Shown: positions 45,137-54,844 of the stretch, in pieces
Layout of the letters: every line of letters starts with the position of its first letter
Position numbering within the stretch: the stretch's first letter is position 1
DNA from: Pseudomonadota bacterium
GTDB lineage: Bacteria > Myxococcota_A > UBA9160 > JADFDR01
Length of the DNA: 64,000 nucleotides
Assembly: GCA_003353845.1 (NCBI GenBank)
Contig: PIVT01000001.1
Location: 45,760 to 109,759 of the forward strand
Direction: 5' to 3'
Position numbers and translations under genes: made by a program
Notes under the pieces: model-generated
The model's database searches: none
What the model saw: the letters and a program-made list of their open reading frames with translations, nothing else
What the model was told of the DNA's origin: nothing

Positions 45137-45922
45137 AGTTCTCGCACAAGTTTTCGGGTTTTTTGCAGGGTATGTTGAGGTCTCAAGGTTTTTTGTCTTA
45201 AGCCCCCCTCACCAACGAGGAGGAGTAGAGCACAGGTAGCGGGCCCTCCGCAAACCGGATTTATCGCCTTGCCTACACTGATCTGCAGTGCCTTGTGGCC
45301 CTATTTAGACTTCATTATTGGGGGAAAAACCGTGTTCGCAAGTCGGATCTTTATGGGTTTTCACGGGGTTTTGTGACTGCTGTTGAGGTTTTCCTACGCT
45401 CTGCCTCACCCTTCGGGAGCCCGCTATACGCAGGGGGTAAGGTGCCTACTATTTAAAAATTACTCCGAAATACTACTAAATTCGAGGAAATTCAAACCAA
45501 ACGAACAATAGGTAGTACTTCCCGACGGGGCATGAATCCGAGGGGATCCAGCCATAGAGTCGCCGCATGGGCGCTTGTATTGAGCGTAGACGGTGCGCTC
45601 TTGCGAAAGGGGCGTCGGAAAGTGGGTCGAGCATGAACGCCCTGCAAATCGAAAAATAGCCCGAGGCAGGTAGACGCAATATTGTGTCTTTCTCCGTGAA
45701 AAAAAATTCAAATCATGGTGAGTAAAAGATGCAACGCGCCAAAATTTTTATGGCAGCCGCTCCTTTGGATCGAAAAGAGACGCGAAGATTTATAAAAAAT
45801 AACTGCGGCATTTTTACAACTCACTGTAAGGCCAAAGAAAAATCTAGAGTGTGAACGTGAGCCGGGATGTGCGCACTAAAAGTACGTCATGAGGTGCGTA
45901 TTCTTTTAGAAGAACAAAAAAG

Positions 45923-45950
45923 AAAAAAGCCTATAAAAATAGGCTTTTTT
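45923..45950. terminator. bidirectional intrinsic terminator
   Basis: Stem AGCCTAT (45928-45934) pairs with ATAGGCT (45939-45945) around an AAAA loop. It is flanked by an A-run on the left and a T-run on the right, so it is functional in either orientation. It lies 50 nt downstream of the 70-aa minus-strand ORF. Confidence 0.7.
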
Positions 45951-45994
45951 CGTTGGTTCTAGAATTGATAGAAAGAAGTCGCGAGTTACGATAG

Positions 45995-46207
45995 TTATGA
46001 CTGTTGTTGCTTCTTTAACTCATCATATTCTTCAAGAGTGTTTGGACCTTCGCTCACTGCAGCTTCGATGTTGTCGCAAGCAATGGCTTTGTCGAGTACT
46101 TCGCGCAAGAGGCCCGACACACTGAGCTCATCATATTCTTCGAAAGCATCTTCGAGGCTGCTCTCAGAAATATTAAACTCGAGGTTTACTTTGATCTTCA
46201 TGTCCAT
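45995..46207 (-). CDS. small acidic hypothetical protein (70 aa)
   Basis: ATG preceded by GGAG (10-nt spacer), with a terminator downstream. The protein has 18 Asp/Glu versus 6 Lys/Arg and EEYDEL occurs twice (aa 23-28 and 59-64). Its GC content looks lower than the flanking genes by eye. Confidence 0.55.
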   Translation of the reverse strand: MDMKIKVNLEFNISESSLEDAFEEYDELSVSGLLREVLDKAIACDNIEAAVSEGPNTLEEYDELKKQQQS

Positions 46208-46573
46208 CTGGTCTGATCTCCAGTGCCGACCATGCGGTTATTTCAGTTTCAAAAATCTGATGGCCCACAGCGCTGGCCAAACTATTCGTGATCTGCACAT
46301 TCTGTTCGCGCTCTATTGGAGAGCCGCTTTAAAATCCAGATGCCGTTACACCTGGAACTTCATCCTGCCCGGGTCACTTGGATCATACCTTGGCGTTTCA
46401 GACACGTCTCGCTCGGCGTGTGGCTGTAACCTATTGAAATGTATGATGCTTTCGCCCATCTTGCTCGGGAATAGTACCCAATGCCTTTTGAAAGGGCTAC
46501 GAAAATCCCCAAAATTATTCCAGTCGGGAATGAGAGCCTTGCCGCCTCGATCAGGAGGTCAGGAGCACTCGGG

Positions 46574-48331
46574 TCAGGCCGACTCGCCTTGAAGGTGCTG
46601 GGCTTGGTCATCGCTTGTGGTATCGCTGTGACAACCCGCCTTTCGACCCTTCGTGATCTCCATCACTTGCTGGGTCTTTTCTGCCAAGCGTTGGATGTCT
46701 TGTTGAGACAGCGCGCCGCGGTTCTCCAAAATCTTCAGCTGATCAGAAGAGAGGGCGTCGGAAACTTTTACTTTGTTCCAGGCGTAATCAGCATCCTTGC
46801 CGCTGGCAAACTCTTGGATCTCTTTGCTGATGCGCACCGAGCACCAATCGTGCCCACACATGGCGCAGAAGTCGGTGTCGACATCCAGGTCTTCGTCGTG
46901 GAAGGCGCGCGCTGTGTCGGGGTCAAAGCTCAGTTCAAAATGCTTTTCCCAGTTGAGAGCTGCACGCGCTTTGGTCAACTCGTCATCGCGTTCACGCGCG
47001 CCGGGAATCCCCAGGGCGACATCACCGGCGTGCGCCGCAATCTTGTAAGCAATACAACCCTGTTTGACATCTTCGCGTTTGGGAAGTCCCAAGTGTTCTT
47101 TGGGTGTGACGTAACACAACATGGCCGCACCGTGGTAAGCCGCAGCCGTGGCGCCAATGGCACTGGTAATATGGTCGTAACCTGGAAAGTAATCCGTTAC
47201 CAGTGGGCCGAGAACATAAAAGGGTGCACCGTGACAGAGCTGTCGTTGCAGTTTCATATTGTATTCGATTTGGTCGAAGGGCATGTGCCCCGGGCCCTCG
47301 ACCATGACCTGGCAGCCCTGTTGCCAAGCGCGTTCGGTCAACTCGCCCAAAGTGGCCAACTCAGCCAGTTGCGCTTGATCCGAGGCATCGGCCAATCCAC
47401 CGGGCCGCAGGCCGTCGCCAATGGAAAAGGTCACATCGTGCTCACGGGCAATGGCGCAAATATCATCCCATAGCTGGTACATAATGTTTTGCTGCTGGTG
47501 GTGGATCATCCATTTGGCCAAGAGCGCGCCGCCACGGCTTACGATGCCGATGAGTCGATCGCGCACAAAAGGCAAGTGCTCGGCCAGTAGCCCGGCGTGG
47601 ATCGTGAAATAATCCACACCTTGTCGCGCTTGTTTTTCGAGCTCGTCCAAAATAATTTTCTTATCGAGCTCTTCAATACTGCGATCAATAATCATGGAAT
47701 AAATGGGCACGGTGCCAATGGGCACTGTGGAGTTGGCGAGAATGGCGCCACGCGTGGCATCGAGATCGCCACCGGTACTCAAGTCCATGACCGTGTCAGC
47801 TCCCCAACGCACGGCCCAATGCAATTTTTCTATTTCCTCTTGCATGCTGCTGGACACAGGTGAGGCACCCATATTGGCATTGACCTTGGTCAAAGACGCC
47901 CGACCGATACACATGGGCTGAAGTTTTTGCTGTAAATGATTCCGATTGGCCGGGATCACCATGCGCCCCGCGGCCACTTCATCGCGCACTTGCTCAGGGG
48001 TCAAGTGGGTTTCGTGCTGGGAGACGGTCTCCATCTCCGGAGTGACCTGTCCCAGGCGCGCATGTTCAAGTTGAGTCACAGGTTTGAAATCAGCCGGTGC
48101 CTGCCAGCCAGTTTGCGTTTTCTTCCAATCGGCGGGCATGAAATCCCACGCCGTCTTGTCGGAAGGGGCGGGCATGTGGGGAGTGTCCGGCGAACTGAAG
48201 CTGAGCGGACCGCCGATTTGAGGTGGATTGGCAAAACTTCCCGGTGTCGTGCCCGAGTTGTCCTGGCCCGGGTTGGATCCCAAGGGGGGAAGTTCGATTT
48301 TCGCCTCGGTATTGGAGGAGTGTGTGCTCAA
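46574..48331 (-). CDS. thiC: phosphomethylpyrimidine synthase
   Basis: 585 aa. Motifs [35 protein letters not shown] and a C-terminal Fe-S motif [13 protein letters not shown] start at 48331 with GGAG 9 nt upstream. Confidence 0.93.
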   Translation of the reverse strand: MSTHSSNTEAKIELPPLGSNPGQDNSGTTPGSFANPPQIGGPLSFSSPDTPHMPAPSDKTAWDFMPADWKKTQTGWQAPADFKPVTQLEHARLGQVTPEMETVSQHETHLTPEQVRDEVAAGRMVIPANRNHLQQKLQPMCIGRASLTKVNANMGASPVSSSMQEEIEKLHWAVRWGADTVMDLSTGGDLDATRGAILANSTVPIGTVPIYSMIIDRSIEELDKKIILDELEKQARQGVDYFTIHAGLLAEHLPFVRDRLIGIVSRGGALLAKWMIHHQQQNIMYQLWDDICAIAREHDVTFSIGDGLRPGGLADASDQAQLAELATLGELTERAWQQGCQVMVEGPGHMPFDQIEYNMKLQRQLCHGAPFYVLGPLVTDYFPGYDHITSAIGATAAAYHGAAMLCYVTPKEHLGLPKREDVKQGCIAYKIAAHAGDVALGIPGARERDDELTKARAALNWEKHFELSFDPDTARAFHDEDLDVDTDFCAMCGHDWCSVRISKEIQEFASGKDADYAWNKVKVSDALSSDQLKILENRGALSQQDIQRLAEKTQQVMEITKGRKAGCHSDTTSDDQAQHLQGESA

Positions 48332-48534
48332 GGGTTCAAGCTCCTGAAAGTTTCAGTTCTATGGAATAGATGAAGCCAGCTCTTGCCCAGGCCACATGCA
48401 ATTCAGTGTCGACAGCTGGCTCGCCATCACGTCGAGGGAGGAAACGCTATCACCTGCACAAGGCAGAGACAACAAGTTGTTCAGCCTTTGGGCCGAGAGC
48501 GTGACCTCGTTGGAAGTTGCGCTAGTTTTCCCGC

Positions 48535-49071
48535 ATGATCAGACCAAGTGTTCTTCTTATAGGTGTATTTTTTATAGGCGCTCTCAGTGGATGTGGGGAT
48601 CGAAAGATCGAACCCTTTATCCCGGGTGAAGAGCCTGTGCAGCCAGATCTTTCAAAGATCTTTCCCGAATCTGCCGATGTGGCGCCTTCTGGAATGAAGG
48701 CAAGCCAGGGGGCCGCTCCTGAAGTTGATGAAGAACGTCTCAACATCACGGGTCGTGTGAGTGTGTTACCGGACTTGCTGGAGAAAACCGGAGCGGGCGT
48801 TTTGTTTGTCATTGCCCGGCAAGAAGGCATGCGCCCTCCATTGGCTGTTAAGCGCATTGAGAACCCAAGCTTTCCGTTGACGTTTTCCTTGGGCCCGGCA
48901 GACCGCATGGTCAAGACCGTCCCTTTTACAGGTCCGCTGACGCTTTCCGTTCGCTTGGATGGAGATGGCAACGTCATGTCGCGAGAGCCGGGCGATTTAC
49001 AAAGTATGTCCACGCTGGAAGTGGACCCGGGCACTCAAGATGTCGAGTTGGTCTTAGATATCCTGCTCTAG
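48535..49071 (+). CDS. hypothetical lipoprotein
   Basis: 178 aa. Signal peptide and lipobox LLIGVFFIGALSGC. The segment VLFVIARQEGMRPPLAVKRIENPSFPLTFSLGPADRM resembles, from memory, the C-terminal domain of CcmI-type cytochrome c biogenesis proteins. This is unverified. Confidence 0.4.
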   Translation: MIRPSVLLIGVFFIGALSGCGDRKIEPFIPGEEPVQPDLSKIFPESADVAPSGMKASQGAAPEVDEERLNITGRVSVLPDLLEKTGAGVLFVIARQEGMRPPLAVKRIENPSFPLTFSLGPADRMVKTVPFTGPLTLSVRLDGDGNVMSREPGDLQSMSTLEVDPGTQDVELVLDILL

Positions 49072-49121
49072 TTTTCGCCCCGCTGACCAGGATCCTCAAA
49101 CAAGTAAAAGGATGACGGTCT

Positions 49122-49493
49122 TCAAAGCGCTTTGGATTCCGCCAAGCGCTCCAAGATGACTTCCACCAACTTGGGATGCACACCCAAGGGCGGGGCCAGG
49201 CGCACTTCGGCTTGTGGATGCGCGGCCGCGGCGGCTTGAACCAAAGCGGGGATGTCTTCGGTGATGTGCCGTCCAGGCGCTAAAAAATAAGGCACCACTG
49301 TAATCTTGAGCGCATCTTGTGCCACTGCGTGTTGCAAGGCTTCTTGGATCGAGGGTTGCGCAATTTCCATGTGCGCGGCCAAGACCAGGCTCTCCGGCCT
49401 CCGTTCTTGCACGAGGCTGACGACCTCATCCAAGCTTGCGGCAGCTTCGGGAGCGCGGCTCCCGTGATCCACAAGAATCACGGCTTCCTTCAC
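49122..49493 (-). CDS. CbiX/SirB-type small sirohydrochlorin chelatase
   Basis: 123 aa. AVILVDHGSR and VVPYFLAPGRHITEDIP are CbiX(S) motifs. The GTG start overlaps the upstream stop (GTGA) and is preceded by GGAGG. Confidence 0.75.
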   Translation of the reverse strand: MKEAVILVDHGSRAPEAAASLDEVVSLVQERRPESLVLAAHMEIAQPSIQEALQHAVAQDALKITVVPYFLAPGRHITEDIPALVQAAAAAHPQAEVRLAPPLGVHPKLVEVILERLAESKAL

Positions 49494-50644
49494 GAAGCGC
49501 CTCCGGCTCTTTTCAGTGCCCGATCCACGTCGTCCACGAGGTCGTCGCCGTCTTCAATGCCGGGGGACAAGCGCACCGTCGCTTCAGTGATGCCTTTGGC
49601 TTTCTTTTCTTCCGCCGGAAAGCTGCCGTGACTCATGGCCCAGGGATAACCAATGAGGGATTCCACACCTCCCAAACCTTCGACCAGGGAGAAGAGTTCC
49701 GTGCTCTCGCAGAACTTGCGTGCAGCCGGCTCCCCTCCTTTGAGGTCGATGGTGAGCACGGCACCGAAGCCGTGCATTTGCCTCGCGGCCAAGTCGTGCC
49801 CGGGGTGGTCGGGCAAGCCGGGGTAATGGACGCGCTCGACCTGGAAATGTCCTACCAAGAACTCGGCGAGTTGCTGGGCATTCTTTTCATGCTGACGCAT
49901 GCGCAAGGCCAGGGTCTTCAAGCCGCGCAAGGTGAGATAGCAATCCATGGGCCCGGGGATGCCGCCCGATGCGTTGCGGGTGAAGTGCAAGGTTTTCGAG
50001 AGTTCCGGGTCGCTGGTAATCACGGCACCCCCCACCACATCGGAGTGGCCGCCAATCCATTTCGTGGTGGAGTGCATGACCATGTGGGCACCCAGATCCA
50101 GCGGGTTCTGCAGGTAGGGCGTGGCAAAGGTGTTGTCGACGACAAGTGCCGCGTTGGCTTTTTGTGCGATTTCGGCACAAGCCCGCACATCCACCAAGCG
50201 CAACATGGGGTTGGTGGGACTTTCGATCCAGATCATGCGCGTGGTCGCTTCTACGGCTTGCGCGACGTTGTCGATCTGCGTGGCGTCCACGAAGCTGAAG
50301 CGCAGCCCGAAGCGGCTGGCCACTTCGGTGAAGAGCCGATAGGTACCGCCATACAGATCGTCGGCCACGACTACGTGGTCGCCCGACGAAAGCAGTTGCA
50401 AGATTCCACTGGTCGCCGCCATGCCCGAGGCGTAGGACAGGCAAAACTCGCCGCCTTCCAAGGAGGCCAGGCAAGTCTCCAGCGCAGTGCGCGTGGGGTT
50501 GGCACCTCGCGAGTACTCATAGCCGGCGTGTTGCCCGATGCTGGTCTGGGTATAGGTCGTGGTTTGGTAAATGGGGACGATGGTGGCGCCGGTCGCTGGA
50601 TCAGCGGCTTGCCCCACGTGGATGGCCCGGGTTTCGAACTTCAT
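49490..50644 (-). CDS. Cys/Met-metabolism PLP enzyme (cystathionine gamma-synthase/gamma-lyase/beta-lyase family)
   Basis: The start MKFETRAIHVGQ at 50644 gives 384 aa; the ORF opens at 50758. Motifs are YSRGANPT and the PLP lysine in MHSTTKWIGGHSD. Confidence 0.8.
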   Translation of the reverse strand: MKFETRAIHVGQAADPATGATIVPIYQTTTYTQTSIGQHAGYEYSRGANPTRTALETCLASLEGGEFCLSYASGMAATSGILQLLSSGDHVVVADDLYGGTYRLFTEVASRFGLRFSFVDATQIDNVAQAVEATTRMIWIESPTNPMLRLVDVRACAEIAQKANAALVVDNTFATPYLQNPLDLGAHMVMHSTTKWIGGHSDVVGGAVITSDPELSKTLHFTRNASGGIPGPMDCYLTLRGLKTLALRMRQHEKNAQQLAEFLVGHFQVERVHYPGLPDHPGHDLAARQMHGFGAVLTIDLKGGEPAARKFCESTELFSLVEGLGGVESLIGYPWAMSHGSFPAEEKKAKGITEATVRLSPGIEDGDDLVDDVDRALKRAGGAS

Positions 50645-50836
50645 GGTCGCTCTTCCTCGAAGCAATGAATGAGGGGAATCTTCAGCGCTGTGGTTTGAAC
50701 CGCGTTGCGGCGGAGCAAGCTTGAGCATAGGGAAGCCCCTTCCAGAATCCAACGACACCCTGAATCAGGTATTGAAGTCGAATCTTCCTGTGCCCAGCTA
50801 GTGCCTCGCGCCCTCAGCTTGGATACCATCTCGCCC

Positions 50837-51580
50837 ATGTCTACGGCCGGCATTCTCATCATCGGTAATGAAATTCTTTCCGGGAAGATAACCGACGTAA
50901 ATACGGCCTTCTTGTGCAAAGAGCTGTACGACCTTGGCGTCGAAGTCTGCCGCGTCGTGATTATTCCTGACGTGCTGGAAGAGATCGCCAAAGAAGTTCT
51001 TGAGATGAGCGAAGCCTATGATTACGTCTTTACCTCGGGCGGAGTCGGCCCCACCCACGATGACATGACGGTGGAGGGGGTGGCCCAGGCCTTTGGCCTC
51101 GAGTTGGAAGAGCGCGCTGAGATCGTTCAAATTCTCGAGCGCTATCAAGAACCCCCTTTGAATCCGAGCCAATTAAAAATGGCGCAACTGCCTGTGGGCG
51201 CGAAGTTCATGGGGGATTCCGAAGCCCTGTTCCCCGTGACCGTGGTTCGCAACGTTCATCTATTCCCCGGAATTCCTGCACTCTTGCAACGGGATTTCGA
51301 TTACGTGCGTCCGCACTTAAAGGGCTGCCGATTTTCCCAGCGTCGTATTTATCTCAGTTGTTACGAAACGGTCGTCGCTGTGGAACTCAGCGCCATTCAG
51401 AGCGAGTTCAGTGAGATTCGTCTGGGGTCGTATCCGCGAACGGGGCTAGAAGAGCACAAGGTGATGCTGACCTTGGAATCGCGCGATTTGGAACAGGTGC
51501 GTCTTGCTTTCGACGCCTTGCTCAAGCGCTTGCCCGATGAAGTGGTGATGAAAACCGATGTGGCAGTGGAAGAGGAGTGA
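50837..51580 (+). CDS. MoCF-biosynthesis (CinA N-terminal / molybdopterin-binding) domain protein
   Basis: The start MSTAGILIIGNEILSGKITDVN at 50837 is taken as the true start; the ORF opens at 50705. FTSGGVGPTHDDMT is the MoCF_biosynth signature. Confidence 0.65.
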   Translation: MSTAGILIIGNEILSGKITDVNTAFLCKELYDLGVEVCRVVIIPDVLEEIAKEVLEMSEAYDYVFTSGGVGPTHDDMTVEGVAQAFGLELEERAEIVQILERYQEPPLNPSQLKMAQLPVGAKFMGDSEALFPVTVVRNVHLFPGIPALLQRDFDYVRPHLKGCRFSQRRIYLSCYETVVAVELSAIQSEFSEIRLGSYPRTGLEEHKVMLTLESRDLEQVRLAFDALLKRLPDEVVMKTDVAVEEE

Positions 51581-52021
51581 GTGTTCTTGGAAAGTAGTCC
51601 TCTTGTTTATCTGCACCCTACGCTCATGGGCTTGGGATTTCTCCTGGCGCTTCTCTCTTTGCGCAGCGGAATGGGATTGCGCCGTGCTCGCCAACAAAAA
51701 CGCACGGGTCGGGCCGCCTTGCGCCGCTCTCATTTACTTCTGGTGAAAATCACGGTGCCCTGGATCGTGCTGGGCTTTGCTGCGGGTCCCATGGTCCGGT
51801 GGTGGGTGCAGGGCGAGACGCCCTTTCAAACAGCGCATGCCTGGATCGGTTTAACGGCGGCCGTTTTGTGGTCGACCACGGCCACGGTCGGCCATATGTT
51901 GGAGATTGGCGACAAGCGCTTTACCTCGGACAAGGGGCGCGACATCCATGCGATCTTGAGCTTTTCAGCGGTATTGCTCTCCGCCGTGGCCGGGGTCTTC
52001 GGCTATTCGCTCCTGCCCTGA
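51581..52021 (+). CDS. hypothetical integral membrane protein (about four hydrophobic segments)
   Basis: 146 aa. The GTG start immediately follows the upstream TGA. No motif recognised. Confidence 0.45.
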   Translation: MFLESSPLVYLHPTLMGLGFLLALLSLRSGMGLRRARQQKRTGRAALRRSHLLLVKITVPWIVLGFAAGPMVRWWVQGETPFQTAHAWIGLTAAVLWSTTATVGHMLEIGDKRFTSDKGRDIHAILSFSAVLLSAVAGVFGYSLLP

Positions 52022-52047
52022 CGAGACTGATTCTCAGCTCAACGTTC

Positions 52048-53151
52048 CTAGCCCAAGGGCGGCAAGACATCGACGCTGCGCTGGCGCAGCCAGTGATCGG
52101 CCAACACTAAACAGGTCATCGCTTCTATAATAGGGACGGCTCGCGGCAAAACACAGGGATCGTGTCGGCCCTTGGCCTCCAATGTGGTTGCATTGCCCGC
52201 TTGATCCACGGTGTTTTGAGTTTGCGAGATAGTTGCCGTGGGCTTAAAAGCCGTTCGGAAAAAGATGGGCTGCCCATTGCTCATTCCACCCTGCACGCCG
52301 CCGGACCGATTCGAAGCCGTGGCGATTTTCTGATCTCCTTCGCCAGGGATAAAGGCGTCATTGTGTTCGGAGCCCGTGAGGAGAGTTCCGCCAAAGCCGC
52401 TGCCAATCTCGAAACCCTTGGTGGCGGGTAGCGAGAGCATGGCCTTGGCCAGATCGGCCTCGAGCTTATCGAAGATGGGCATGCCCAGCCCCGGCGGCAC
52501 GCCGCGCGCTACGCAGGTGACAATGCCACCGACAGAATCTTGGTTTTTGCGCGCATTGTGAATGGCTGCTTCCATGGCGGTGGCGGCGCTGGCATCAGGA
52601 CAGCGCACATCGTTGTTATACACGTCGGCGGTTGTCACGCGGTCCATATCTACCGTGGAACCAATGCCGTGCACTTCGCTCACCCAGGCTACGACCTCGA
52701 TGCCCGCAGCCAAGGCCAGCAGTTTGCGCGCAATGGCACCGGAGGCGACGTGGGCGATGGTGGCGCGGGCACTGGAGCGCCCGCCGCCCTGCCAATTGCG
52801 GATACCGTACTTGGCGTCGGTGGTGTAATCGGCGTGGGAGGGGCGGTACACCGATTTCATATTTTCATAGGCCGACGGTCTGGCATCTTTATTGCGCACG
52901 ATGAGCGAAATAGGACTGCCCAGGCTGTAGCCCTCGAAAAGGCCCGAGAGAATCTCCACCTGGTCGTCTTCCTGGCGCGGCGTCGTGAGAGAGCTTTGGC
53001 CTGGCTTGCGTCGGTCGAGATCAGCTTGAATCTCTTCGCTTGTAATGGGCAGGCGCGGCGGGCAACCGTCGACAATGACACCCACACCACCTCCGTGCGA
53101 TTCGCCGAAGGTCGAGATCTGGAACGTATGTCCGAAGCTATTGCTGCCCAA
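52048..53151 (-). CDS. aroC: chorismate synthase
   Basis: 367 aa. Motifs [45 protein letters not shown] and KGRHDPCV. Confidence 0.95.
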   Translation of the reverse strand: MGSNSFGHTFQISTFGESHGGGVGVIVDGCPPRLPITSEEIQADLDRRKPGQSSLTTPRQEDDQVEILSGLFEGYSLGSPISLIVRNKDARPSAYENMKSVYRPSHADYTTDAKYGIRNWQGGGRSSARATIAHVASGAIARKLLALAAGIEVVAWVSEVHGIGSTVDMDRVTTADVYNNDVRCPDASAATAMEAAIHNARKNQDSVGGIVTCVARGVPPGLGMPIFDKLEADLAKAMLSLPATKGFEIGSGFGGTLLTGSEHNDAFIPGEGDQKIATASNRSGGVQGGMSNGQPIFFRTAFKPTATISQTQNTVDQAGNATTLEAKGRHDPCVLPRAVPIIEAMTCLVLADHWLRQRSVDVLPPLG

Positions 53152-53207
53152 GGTGGTTCTCCGCGCTGATTTAGTACCACGTGGTTTTGTTTAAGAAGAA
53201 TAAGGGC

Positions 53208-53744
53208 TTAGCGGTTTCGACGCAAAAGGATATAGCTGGCGCCCACGCCTCCGTCTTTGGGTTGGGCGCTGGAGAAGGCCATAACCAGCTCCCCCACCCC
53301 GATTTGAGTCAGCCAATCCGGCAAATCCTGGCGCAAAACGGCCTCGCCTTCGGAGTGGTGGCCGCGGCCATGGACGATGAGCACGCAGCGCTTCTTTTCT
53401 CGCCAGGCCCTTTTTAGAAAGTCGCGCACGCGAACTCGGGCCTCGTCCGCGATCAATCCATGAAGATCGACTCGGTCTTCTGGGGGAAAGTGGCCCCCTT
53501 TCAGCTTGGTCAGGTGGGCCTTGTCCATGCCCGGCGCGAGCCCGGCTTGTTCTTCTCCCAAATCGAAACGCTGAAAGACGATGGGCCGGGGATCTTCTTT
53601 TCGGGGTGTGCTCGATGGCTTCTGGGCGCGAGGCCGGGCGCGCTTGGAGCCCCCGCTGAGAGGTTCGACATCAGACATCAGATCCGAAAAGGAAGGGTTG
53701 TCTTGATTCTTGCCCGTTTTTTCCTGCGGCGGCTTTTTTTTCAT
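53208..53744 (-). CDS. Smr-domain protein (small MutS-related nuclease domain)
   Basis: The C-terminal VDLHGLIADEARVRVRDFLKRAWREKKRCVLIVHGRGHHS is an Smr domain. The ATG at 53744 overlaps the mutY stop (ATGA); the ORF opens at 53855. Confidence 0.75.
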   Translation of the reverse strand: MKKKPPQEKTGKNQDNPSFSDLMSDVEPLSGGSKRARPRAQKPSSTPRKEDPRPIVFQRFDLGEEQAGLAPGMDKAHLTKLKGGHFPPEDRVDLHGLIADEARVRVRDFLKRAWREKKRCVLIVHGRGHHSEGEAVLRQDLPDWLTQIGVGELVMAFSSAQPKDGGVGASYILLRRNR

Positions 53745-54844
53745 GGTTTGCGTACCGTTTTTGCTTTCGAGCCTTTCCCGTATAGTGCCAGCGCCAAGGC
53801 TTTTTTTGTCAGCGAATTGGGGGCGCGCTGCGCCAGGCTCCTGGCTGAGCGCCACTGGTGCGCTTCAAAGCCCTGGCGTTGAACTCGTCCAGATACGGTT
53901 CCTTTTACGATTTGGAGAAAGAGTTCGCGATGAGAGAAGACATGGTGCACCTCGCCCAAGTGGCGTACGTCGCGCAGCTCCAATCCCAGGGTTTCGCCCA
54001 ACACGCGCTTGGCTCCTGCGGCGTTGGACTCCCCTTTTTTCAAGGGACCCCCGGGCAGTTCCCACATTCCGCCCAAAAGTTCGCGCGCCCCGCGCTGTAC
54101 GAAGAGGGCGCGCTCATCCTTCAAAGCCAAAACACCCACGGCCGAGACTTTTGGGGAGGGTTGTTTTTTGGCTCTGATGGGCAAGCTCTCGGCGTCACCG
54201 ACACGGAAGGCATCGCAGCGCGCTCGCAGTGGGCAGCTCGGGCAGTCGGGAGATTTGGGTGTGCAGATCAGGGCCCCGAGTTCCATCAGGGCTTGGTTGA
54301 GATCTCCCGGCCGCGGGCCCTGCGCGAACTGAGCGGCCAACTCCCATAGCTTGGCGTTGGCGCTGGTACTGCGGAAGTCTTCGCGAATACCAAACAAGCG
54401 ACAAAACACGCGGGCCACGTTGCCATCGACAATGGGCTCGGGTCGATCAAAGGCGATGGAGGCCACGGCGCCGGTCGTGTAGGGACCGACGCCAGGCAAC
54501 TTCTGGAGATCCGCACTGCTCTGAGGGAATTCCCCGGCGTGATCGCGTACCACCTGGCGCGCTGCATTTTGCAGATTGCGTGCACGGCTGTAGTACCCGA
54601 GACCGGACCAGCTCTCAAGTACCTGCTCGGTGTCGGCGTCGCACAGGGCTTGGGCATCGGGAAAGCGCTGGAGAAAATTGTGGTAGTAGGGAATCACGGT
54701 GTCGACGCGCGTTTGCTGGAGCATGATTTCCGAGACGAGTACGGAGTAGGGGTCGGAGGTCTGTCGCCAGGGCAGGTCGCGTTTGTTCTTGTCGTACCAG
54801 GCCAGCAGCTTTTTGCGGGCAGCGCGAATGGCGGGCTGCTTCAT
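53741..54844 (-). CDS. mutY: A/G-specific adenine DNA glycosylase
   Basis: The start is MKQPAIRAARKKLLAWYDKNKRDLPWRQ at 54844. It has HhH-GPD (LPGVGPYTTGAVASIAF), an Fe-S loop (CTPKSPDCPSCPLRARC) and a NUDIX-like C-terminal domain. The ORF opens at 54994. Confidence 0.9.
   Translation of the reverse strand: MKQPAIRAARKKLLAWYDKNKRDLPWRQTSDPYSVLVSEIMLQQTRVDTVIPYYHNFLQRFPDAQALCDADTEQVLESWSGLGYYSRARNLQNAARQVVRDHAGEFPQSSADLQKLPGVGPYTTGAVASIAFDRPEPIVDGNVARVFCRLFGIREDFRSTSANAKLWELAAQFAQGPRPGDLNQALMELGALICTPKSPDCPSCPLRARCDAFRVGDAESLPIRAKKQPSPKVSAVGVLALKDERALFVQRGARELLGGMWELPGGPLKKGESNAAGAKRVLGETLGLELRDVRHLGEVHHVFSHRELFLQIVKGTVSGRVQRQGFEAHQWRSARSLAQRAPNSLTKKALALALYGKGSKAKTVRKP

Noticed and set aside
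45490-45700. Possible RNase P RNA, tmRNA, SRP RNA or 6S RNA in the dnaA-upstream region, and similarly in the 60657-60824 element. The cues were GGAAAGTGGGTCGAGC versus the RNase P GGAAAGUCCGGGC, and CCCTGAGCC...AAGAATGGC versus the E. coli 6S RNA.
   Set aside because: The resemblances are limited to a few nucleotides. The other universally conserved blocks are absent: a tRNA-like CCA end and tag ORF for tmRNA, the ACAGAA/P4 elements for RNase P, the GGAA-capped helix 8 for SRP, and a long closing stem with central bubble for 6S.
45715-45795. A 26-codon + strand mini-ORF (MVSKRCNAPKFLWQPLLWIEKRREDL) upstream of the bidirectional terminator.
   Set aside because: There is no Shine-Dalgarno sequence and no recognisable features, and such a short ORF is expected by chance in AT-rich DNA.
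45137-45994. Calling this region oriC because it lies upstream of dnaA.
   Set aside because: I found no cluster of TTATCCACA-like boxes on either strand, and no dnaN context. The single TAGTAGTAT run is too short to count as DnaA-trios. It is kept as a finding to test, not as a feature.
48332-48534. An expected TPP (THI-box) riboswitch in the 203-nt leader of thiC.
   Set aside because: Reading the - strand RNA, I could not find the conserved CUGAGA or ACCUGAUCUGGAUAAUGCCAGCGUAGGGA-like cores. I saw only generic stems (GCCAGCT...AGCTGGC, and a small hairpin next to the GGAG RBS). I will not call a riboswitch. An Infernal scan with RF00059 would settle whether it is truly absent, which would be unusual, or just divergent.
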